Source of the DNA: an uncultured virus (IMG/VR IMGVR_UViG_3300027708_001828)
Taxonomy: Duplodnaviria > Heunggongvirae > Uroviricota > Caudoviricetes
Virus record (IMG/VR): IMGVR_UViG_3300027708_001828
DNA: 64,000 bases
Strand: one strand, 5' to 3'
Shown: positions 56,984-64,000 of the stretch, piece by piece
Numbering within the stretch: position 1 is the first letter of the stretch
Layout of the letters: every line of letters begins with the position of its first letter
Position numbers and translations under genes: made by a program
Notes under the pieces: generated by a model
Told to the model about the DNA's origin: nothing
Seen by the model: only the letters and a program-made list of their open reading frames with translations
Databases searched by the model: none

Positions 56984-59056
56984 ATGTCGCTACAAATTAG
57001 ACGCGGAACTGATGCCCAAAGACAAGCAGTAACTTTTGACTTAGGCGAAATTTTATACACAACAGATACTAAGAAACTCTTCATTGGTGACGGTGCCACG
57101 TTGGGCGGTGTAAATGTTCTTGCTAGCTCAGCTGGTACTGGACTAAGTTGGAATTCAACTACACAAACACTAAACTTTTCAGGAACATTAAGTGGTTATA
57201 CCACAGATAACCTAGCACAAGGTACAGTCAACTTATACTATTCACCCACACGGGCGAAAGCTGATATAGCTACCATGTTTACTGCTACAGGATCTAGTAC
57301 AGTGACAGGAACAGTTACAGCTACCACAGCCACTACAATTTCATTTGTAGGCGCAGTGTCTAGCATCAACGGTGTAGGTATACTAACGTACACCAGCGGC
57401 ACAGTACCGCAGATTGGCATGGTTATAACAGGTACCGGTATCAATGCAAGCCCTGCCACATACATTGTTTCAGGTACTAGTCCCACATTTATTTTAAATC
57501 AAGTACCTACAGCCGCAGGTACAGGCGTAGCAATACAGGGTGTGATATCACTGGTCACAGTCAGCTCGGCTGCTGGACTGGTAGCATTAGAACCTTTCTT
57601 AGTAACAGGATCAGGAGGTGGTGGTCTATCACCTAGCACCTACTATATCATTAATCCTTCAGCCGGTACCAATCAAATTACCCTGGCAACAACTCAAGCT
57701 AATGCACAGAACAGTGTTGCAATAACTACACTAACGACTGCTACATTATCTGCTACTAATTTTAGTGCTGGCGGCCCTGATGCTAATGTTACGTTTTCTT
57801 ATAATTCTGTAACTGGCACTATGAGTGTCAATTCAGCTGGTTCGGGACTCACAGCTATATTGCAAGATAGTAGTCCAACATTGGGTGGAAATTTAACGCT
57901 CAACGGTAACACAATTAGTGGCAATGGCAACATCAATATTACAGGACAAATTCTTGCTAATGTTATATCAACAACTTTAACTAGTGTTAGCGGAACACAA
58001 GTGTTGTTGGTTTCTAATACAAATATGCGAGTAGGAATGCCTATAGTGTTTGGCCTTACAAGCCAAACAGCAGTGACTACAGGTAATATTATTCCGTATT
58101 TGACATATTATGTTGCGAGCGTATTAGCCGGTAACTATATTACTATATCAACCACAATCGGCGGAACTGCGTTCAATGCCGGCACTGCTAGTGGTACGAT
58201 GTTTGTTACAGCCAACGGGCTGGATACCGGCGTTGTAACTGCTAGTTCAGTTAATGTTAATTCAATGTTAACATTCAGAGACATGACATATCCCGCAAAC
58301 ACTACTGAATATCAAATTTCAGGTATTAGCGGCTATTTTGTATTTGGACAAGCAAGCGCACCTCAGAACTTTGTGTTCAATACCAACTCAGCTGACCAAC
58401 CATTCACTATTAGAGGTGCTACTACTGGGAATTTTGGAAACCAGCCTAATCTTAAGTTTGGAAGTTCGAGAGGAACCGTGGCAGCGCCACTGATATGCCA
58501 AAACGGTGACTCAATCGGTCTAATCAAGTTTGATCCCTACACTGGTATTGCTAGCATGGGCGGCTATAGCAATGGTGCATTTATTACGGCATATGTAAGC
58601 GATTCAACCTTCGTGGCAAATGCCGCGCTAGTAAATACCACCATCGCTATCGGTAATGATGCTGATATTGGAACTGGTACATATACTACATTTGCACCAG
58701 GTGGAGTTGTAACAGTACCGGTCCTTACTAGAAACTTAGTAAACGAAGTTACCAATTTTATTGCTGTTGGTAGTAGTACCACTTATGCATTGAGTACCAC
58801 AGCAACTAATAATATCTTAATAACTAGCGGTAGTTATACAGCAACACTAACGTTTCCTAGTTCCGGACTACGTGATGGACAACTTGTCAAATTTACTGTT
58901 GCGGCAACTGCATCAGCATTTACATTGACTTTGGCATTAACTGCCGGTCCCACTTTGATAGGAACATTTGCAGGTGCAGTTGCAACCTCTGCATCGACAG
59001 CTACAACTTATTCCTACATATATAGGGCCAGTAATACTAGTTGGTATCGAGTTTAA
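56984..59056 (+). CDS. Tail fibre-like protein
   Basis: LQIRRGT...GEILYTTDTKKLFIGDG N-terminus; DSSPTLGGNL; T/G/S-rich. Confidence 0.75.
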   Translation: MSLQIRRGTDAQRQAVTFDLGEILYTTDTKKLFIGDGATLGGVNVLASSAGTGLSWNSTTQTLNFSGTLSGYTTDNLAQGTVNLYYSPTRAKADIATMFTATGSSTVTGTVTATTATTISFVGAVSSINGVGILTYTSGTVPQIGMVITGTGINASPATYIVSGTSPTFILNQVPTAAGTGVAIQGVISLVTVSSAAGLVALEPFLVTGSGGGGLSPSTYYIINPSAGTNQITLATTQANAQNSVAITTLTTATLSATNFSAGGPDANVTFSYNSVTGTMSVNSAGSGLTAILQDSSPTLGGNLTLNGNTISGNGNINITGQILANVISTTLTSVSGTQVLLVSNTNMRVGMPIVFGLTSQTAVTTGNIIPYLTYYVASVLAGNYITISTTIGGTAFNAGTASGTMFVTANGLDTGVVTASSVNVNSMLTFRDMTYPANTTEYQISGISGYFVFGQASAPQNFVFNTNSADQPFTIRGATTGNFGNQPNLKFGSSRGTVAAPLICQNGDSIGLIKFDPYTGIASMGGYSNGAFITAYVSDSTFVANAALVNTTIAIGNDADIGTGTYTTFAPGGVVTVPVLTRNLVNEVTNFIAVGSSTTYALSTTATNNILITSGSYTATLTFPSSGLRDGQLVKFTVAATASAFTLTLALTAGPTLIGTFAGAVATSASTATTYSYIYRASNTSWYRV

Positions 59057-59652
59057 TAATTAAAATAATCGATATCTCGAGCATGTAATTTGGCAATAGA
59101 TTTTATGCTAGCATCGTTAAAATACTGTTTATATTCATAGTGGTCATACCCACTTATATCAGGTAAAGGAATATCGCAATTTAGATATTCCTTTATTTTT
59201 TTGAAATCTCGTTCTAGTGTTTCCGCCTTACAAACAAAATCAACGTTCTCATCATTTACATGTATAAAGTCAACTTGATTTGTAAAACGAGTAAACCATC
59301 TGGGGAAATTAAATTCTATATCCGGATCGCAGTAGTCTGCTACCCATTCATTAATTGGTTTTAAATCTAACAATGTTTGATTATTCCAATCTAACCAATA
59401 TCCTTCTGTGCTTATCTTACGGAATAGACTATACACACGTTGCCATGGGTTACGAACAACAGTCATAGTCTTAGCATACGGGTATCGGTCCTTTACCATG
59501 CCCAAGTGTGGATGATCAATCATCCACGGCTCAGCATCCTTAACATCAAAATTAGTTTTGAGCCAATCACTAATAATTTTCTTCATGGCCATACCTGTAC
59601 GAGGTACATGTACATAGGCTAGTTCAGGAGATGAAATATAAAAAGTCCCCAT
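59053..59652 (-). CDS. Sulfotransferase-family protein
   Basis: VHVPRTG, VRNPWQRVYS, ETLERDF. Confidence 0.75.
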   Translation of the reverse strand: MGTFYISSPELAYVHVPRTGMAMKKIISDWLKTNFDVKDAEPWMIDHPHLGMVKDRYPYAKTMTVVRNPWQRVYSLFRKISTEGYWLDWNNQTLLDLKPINEWVADYCDPDIEFNFPRWFTRFTNQVDFIHVNDENVDFVCKAETLERDFKKIKEYLNCDIPLPDISGYDHYEYKQYFNDASIKSIAKLHARDIDYFNY

Positions 59653-60419
59653 TATTTTTTAATAATCCTAATTACTTGAGCCATTAGATCCCATTCCCAC
59701 CATAATTTTCTAGTGTTCCAATCTCCGGGATTAGCATGATGGTTATTGTGCCAACCGTCTCCCAGACTCACAAGATTAGCAATCCAGCTGTTAGTACTTC
59801 GATCCTTGGTTTCAAAGTTTCTATAACCATGCCCGTGCCCAAATACATTGACTACTCCGATAAGGTGCACAGTCATGCTGGCAGGTACGACGTAGACAAA
59901 TAACCAAAGTATAGGATCGATCACCACCAGCACCAACGAAAATACAAAAATAATTTTAAAATAATTATTAAAGATAAATTTGTGTACAGGTTTTTTCATT
60001 AGATCTTTAACATAGGCCACTGGGATATTAGGGATAGCCCAATCATAGCCCCACCACACTTTTAAAGCCTGTGTAATATCAAGTTTATCATTAATATATG
60101 GACTGTGCGGATCACCTTCCTTGTCTGATCTAGCATGATGCTGTCGATGCAATCCTACCCAACTTATAGTAGGGCCTATTGTCGATATTACACTAATCAG
60201 ACTTAGTGCATTTTCAAGCCATGGATGTGTAGTAAAACTCTTGTGTGTTAATAGTCTATGCAATGTTACTACACTACTGATAGGACCAATAATAAGCCAT
60301 GATACAAATGCAATACCTAGGAGATAGTACTGTGCCGTCACTAATGCATACACTATTGCAGGGACAGCCGCTATATGATTAAACGCTTGTAGTAGTCTAA
60401 TTTTTGTATTTAAATTCAT
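59652..60419 (-). CDS. Fatty acid (delta-9-like) desaturase
   Basis: HRLLTH, HRQHH, WHNNHH. Confidence 0.9.
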   Translation of the reverse strand: MNLNTKIRLLQAFNHIAAVPAIVYALVTAQYYLLGIAFVSWLIIGPISSVVTLHRLLTHKSFTTHPWLENALSLISVISTIGPTISWVGLHRQHHARSDKEGDPHSPYINDKLDITQALKVWWGYDWAIPNIPVAYVKDLMKKPVHKFIFNNYFKIIFVFSLVLVVIDPILWLFVYVVPASMTVHLIGVVNVFGHGHGYRNFETKDRSTNSWIANLVSLGDGWHNNHHANPGDWNTRKLWWEWDLMAQVIRIIKK

Positions 60420-61030
60420 TTACCTTGTTCCAGTTGTTGCCACTCGTTGTCGTCGATAATTTTAGTATTCCAATTTACAAAAGCGCCGGGCGTTGTTTCA
60501 TAGTATACAAAATTCTGCCAACATTTTTGTACAGGCCATGGGCATGTTTGTATATAACCGGCACCCAACGTCCATTTATTATCGCTTGCAATGGCCATTT
60601 GATTGACCCAAGTATCCCACCAACGCTTTCCGCCTCGGTTGCGATTTTGCATAGTAATCAAATATAAATCGTAGTTGTTTACTTTTTCTAATGCATCGAT
60701 TAACTTACAGGTTACTCTAAACCCATCAGTCATATCCGTAGGCTTCATGCGAAACTCAGGAAATGTATAAAGCCTGTTAATCATCTTTGCTACGTTTTTT
60801 GGGTAACGATCGTCTCTGAATACTCCGCCCATTACCATAGGTTTGCCTGTGCTGGTTTGATAGACTACCCCATACCCTGTGTGATGCTCTACCACTAAAT
60901 TTTCCTCAGTATAGTTATGTCGTAACCAGTTGTCTTCCTTTAGGCAAAGCTGTCTAGCTTCTTCAAATTTTGGAAGAGACTTGTAGTATATAACTATGTG
61001 GGTATCTTGTACATCATATCTGTTTTGCAT
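60416..61030 (-). CDS. Hypothetical protein (GNAT-like?)
   Basis: NRLYTFPEFR. Confidence 0.55.
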   Translation of the reverse strand: MQNRYDVQDTHIVIYYKSLPKFEEARQLCLKEDNWLRHNYTEENLVVEHHTGYGVVYQTSTGKPMVMGGVFRDDRYPKNVAKMINRLYTFPEFRMKPTDMTDGFRVTCKLIDALEKVNNYDLYLITMQNRNRGGKRWWDTWVNQMAIASDNKWTLGAGYIQTCPWPVQKCWQNFVYYETTPGAFVNWNTKIIDDNEWQQLEQGK

Positions 61031-61069
61031 GAAGTAATATTTACTTAAATATGCGTAGGTGGGAAAAAA

Positions 61070-61699
61070 ATGTTAGATAACGCAGTAACCAAGTTAAACT
61101 TCACAATTAAATTAGATAGTTTAAGAGAATACTATCATATTCTAGCGGCTGAGTATGACCATTTAAAATGGAATTGGGAACGTCACGGTAATGATATAAC
61201 TGAAGAATGGCGCAACCGTATGATGTCAGACAAGGGCACATTACTTCCGTATGGATGGGCTATACAGAGTAATTTAGTTGATATAACTATCCCATGTCCA
61301 CCATATAACATTAGTACCCATGATCGATGCGACTATAGAAATACTGAATTAGCATTTGGACTTGTGACTAAACTACAGGAACTAATGCCGTATACATACC
61401 GTTGGAGTTTAGTAGTACAGCCACCTGGCGGTAAGGTGACTAGGCATACTGATCAGGGTGATGAATACACTGCACACATTCCAATATACGAGGCACCTGC
61501 CGCAGTTTTTAAATTTTGGGATACAGACGAATCTCAACGATTATTTAATATGGATGCCGACGGCACTGTTTATCTAGTAGATACTATTATTCCTCACGAA
61601 ACAGAAAACTATGATACTACAGATAGAATAGGACTAGTGTTTAGATTTAAAAGAGATGACTTGCCCAAGTTACTAAACATTACTGGCGAAATATCATGA
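61070..61699 (+). CDS. 2OG-Fe(II)/Asp-Asn beta-hydroxylase-like protein
   Basis: HTD, HIPI, PHETEN, R. Confidence 0.65.
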   Translation: MLDNAVTKLNFTIKLDSLREYYHILAAEYDHLKWNWERHGNDITEEWRNRMMSDKGTLLPYGWAIQSNLVDITIPCPPYNISTHDRCDYRNTELAFGLVTKLQELMPYTYRWSLVVQPPGGKVTRHTDQGDEYTAHIPIYEAPAAVFKFWDTDESQRLFNMDADGTVYLVDTIIPHETENYDTTDRIGLVFRFKRDDLPKLLNITGEIS

Positions 61700-62337
61700 C
61701 TGTAATATATACTCCTATAGATATAGAATTTGATGTACCTAATGAACAAGATGTAATTGACTGGTTTCATGCTAATAAAATAACCGACAACGACTATTGG
61801 GAATATAAAGAAGGCCGACACGAATGGTGTTATGTAGCATTGCGCGAAGAACCCAAGGATTGGCGATCATATCGTGCATGGTTAGATTGGGCTGAAGAAC
61901 GCAAGCCAATTGACAATCCTGGCATATTCTTTTATCCTGGATTTGAAGAAAAGTTTCCAGGGCTGGCAAAGTGCGTTCGAGAATTGCCGTTCGATCAAAT
62001 AGGCACTAGCGGATTTATTATGCAAATAGGCACTATCCCTCCACACCAAGATGCTACCTATGATATGACCGAGCCTCGCCGCTATATTATCTATATAACT
62101 GATCCTGCATATAACACATTTCATCTTCTACACAAAGGTAAAAAGATTTGGCCGCAAATAGATCCTAAATATCGATGCTTTGCGTTCAACAATACAGACG
62201 TTGAACATGCCGCAGACCCTACCAGTAGAACTAAAATATTGTTAAGTACTGTTGGTATAATGAATAAAGAAAAGCACGAAGCTTTATTAAAACGCAGTAT
62301 AGAAAAATTTAAAGACAAGGTGATATATGGAGTTTGA
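61696..62337 (+). CDS. 2OG-Fe(II) oxygenase-like protein
   Basis: PPHQD...FAFNN...H. Confidence 0.55.
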   Translation: MTVIYTPIDIEFDVPNEQDVIDWFHANKITDNDYWEYKEGRHEWCYVALREEPKDWRSYRAWLDWAEERKPIDNPGIFFYPGFEEKFPGLAKCVRELPFDQIGTSGFIMQIGTIPPHQDATYDMTEPRRYIIYITDPAYNTFHLLHKGKKIWPQIDPKYRCFAFNNTDVEHAADPTSRTKILLSTVGIMNKEKHEALLKRSIEKFKDKVIYGV

Positions 62338-63016
62338 ATATTATTATAATCATGTACCCGGTGAAGAGCCTAGCAGGAATAATTTAATTTATACTAGTCT
62401 TATAGATAAAAAGAAAAAGGTGTTTGTACAATGGTACTATAATGATACGGATTATCATCAAGGACAAAATGAAGTTGTTGATCCTAAACTGATGGAAGAA
62501 AAGTTTCATAGAGAATTACATTTTTTGAGCAACATGGCTTGGCGCAATCCACATATGGTTCCAAAGATTATAGAAGTTAATGTTCCAGAGCGTAAAATAT
62601 ATTTGGCTATCAATGGCGAGGATTTTTGGAATCAAGCAAAATGTAGCGTTGAAAATTATGACAACGTATTGCCTGACTGGCAAGAGCAAATGTTAGCAAT
62701 ACTTCAAGCACACAAAGACAGAGGTTGGTATAAATTTAGTTTACATCCTAGCAGTTACTTTATTGTAGACGGTAAATTAAAAAGTATAAATTATTTTTTT
62801 ACATACAGTAGCAATGAAGGCCCTATTAGCATCGCAGATCATGCAAGTCATATATACAGTGCAAGACAAGATATTATGCGAAAACAAGTTGACGCGATGG
62901 GGTTAGACTGGGATGCTCCACAACCGCTAGATAAATTACAGCAGTTATGTTTTGAAAGTTTTAGAACAAATTATCCAGATGACTTTATAGCAAAGGCCAA
63001 AGCAATATATGATTAA
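62327..63016 (+). CDS. Hypothetical protein, kinase-like fold possible
   Basis: RE.HFL, VPKI, SLHPSSY (degenerate). Confidence 0.5.
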   Translation: MEFEYYYNHVPGEEPSRNNLIYTSLIDKKKKVFVQWYYNDTDYHQGQNEVVDPKLMEEKFHRELHFLSNMAWRNPHMVPKIIEVNVPERKIYLAINGEDFWNQAKCSVENYDNVLPDWQEQMLAILQAHKDRGWYKFSLHPSSYFIVDGKLKSINYFFTYSSNEGPISIADHASHIYSARQDIMRKQVDAMGLDWDAPQPLDKLQQLCFESFRTNYPDDFIAKAKAIYD

Positions 63017-63803
63017 AGGAATTAATGGACAGCCGTATATAGACATGTCTCCATATATTGATATGTGTGCATTTGATCGTTTGCAACCTGAAATACTAAG
63101 AGGCTTTGCAGATGCACGTGAATATGCTAAAGAAGGCACTTGGATGAAACCTGCTTTTAAAATAGAGGATATGAGTTACATTCCAAATTGGAAACCTATC
63201 TATAAAGCAATTGAAGAATTTTTGGCATTGCCGGATGACAATCCGATTAAACAAGGCGGCATTGACTTGTACAGAGATTTCCAAGATTTTACAATACGCA
63301 ATAGATTTACGCGATATATCAAGATGGCTATGGGCGCATACGATCCTTACATCTATTATTTCCTATGGGAACAAGGTAGTTGGGACGATCGTGACTCACC
63401 GCGCAAACTCACACCCGAAGCTGAATATTTTCCGGGAGTAGTCAAATGGATTGAGGATATGATCGAACATCGTATTTTTGAAAGCATTGGCAGAGTTATT
63501 TTCTTTCACTGCGAAGCCGGTGGTATTCCGTTTGAACATAGAGATCTAGATGGCGAAAAAGGATTACAACAAGGGTATACCGATAATGTAAATGAATTCA
63601 TACACATACGCCCTAACACAAAGAAACCTTTTTACCTGTGGGATCCCGAAACACGTAATCACACATATATTAATAGTCGTGCCGCATGGTGGAATGACCA
63701 AGACTGGCATGGTGGTAATCCTATTATGGAGCAAAGTTACGGTTTACGTATTGACGGAAAATTTACAGAAGAATTTAAATTAACGATAGCCAGTAAAGGT
63801 TAG
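63009..63803 (+). CDS. 2OG-Fe(II) oxygenase-like protein
   Basis: EHRD...DWHG...RIDG. Confidence 0.55.
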   Translation: MIKGINGQPYIDMSPYIDMCAFDRLQPEILRGFADAREYAKEGTWMKPAFKIEDMSYIPNWKPIYKAIEEFLALPDDNPIKQGGIDLYRDFQDFTIRNRFTRYIKMAMGAYDPYIYYFLWEQGSWDDRDSPRKLTPEAEYFPGVVKWIEDMIEHRIFESIGRVIFFHCEAGGIPFEHRDLDGEKGLQQGYTDNVNEFIHIRPNTKKPFYLWDPETRNHTYINSRAAWWNDQDWHGGNPIMEQSYGLRIDGKFTEEFKLTIASKG

Positions 63804-64000
63804 CAAGTATTTGGGAACTAGTCCTATATTAGTTCCAGCATGCCAGCTGTGTATGTGGTTGTACTGATAGATGATTCCCTGCGGTTCATTATAATAAGCA
63901 TCCTGTTCGGTAACGAATACATGTCCCGGCGCAGGTTTACTTAAGAAACAAAAAAATCTCACTAGTTCGCCTAACTGCTTGTGCTCTTCTTCCCATGGAT
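63780..64000 (-). CDS. 2OG-Fe(II) oxygenase-like protein (3' part)
   Basis: Frame open to window end; SWHAGTNIG..PK. Confidence 0.55.
   Translation of the reverse strand, partial: PWEEEHKQLGELVRFFCFLSKPAPGHVFVTEQDAYYNEPQGIIYQYNHIHSWHAGTNIGLVPKYLLTFTGYR

Overview
64 kb of a large T4-like/jumbo myovirus-type phage genome (AT-rich, dense, TAAATA late-promoter motifs plus consensus sigma70 promoters). The host is probably a proteobacterium; the IscU/IscA/DnaK sequences and the tmRNA tag ending suggest Betaproteobacteria (inference). In order: a minus-strand membrane/desaturase cassette (1-4.5 kb); late/virion genes and fibres; nrdA-nrdB-glutaredoxin, iscU/iscA, SleB-like hydrolase, bS21, dnaK-hsp20-clpS, heme oxygenase plus bilin reductase; a curli-like locus (csgF, csgG, curlin-like repeats, FecR) followed by a PlcP-like phosphoesterase, RimK, GT4 and CHASE2 cyclase; a second copy of the membrane/desaturase cassette; a circularly permuted tmRNA; a 28-tRNA array covering all 20 amino acids, interleaved with many structured non-coding elements; RpoZ- and TraR-like genes; a tail fibre; and a 2OG-Fe(II)/sulfotransferase cluster. 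The best candidate for a new system is an unannotated 49-codon leader peptide containing all 20 amino acids. It is wired into an antiterminator/terminator switch between two perfect sigma70 promoters and the tRNA array, so it looks like a general 'any-tRNA-shortage' attenuator. Also notable: a duplicated ~95-nt structured element whose loop is antisense to the ribosome-binding site of its own operon, and two identical TC-A9 -1 frameshift sites. All calls are by eye; no searches or folding programs were run.
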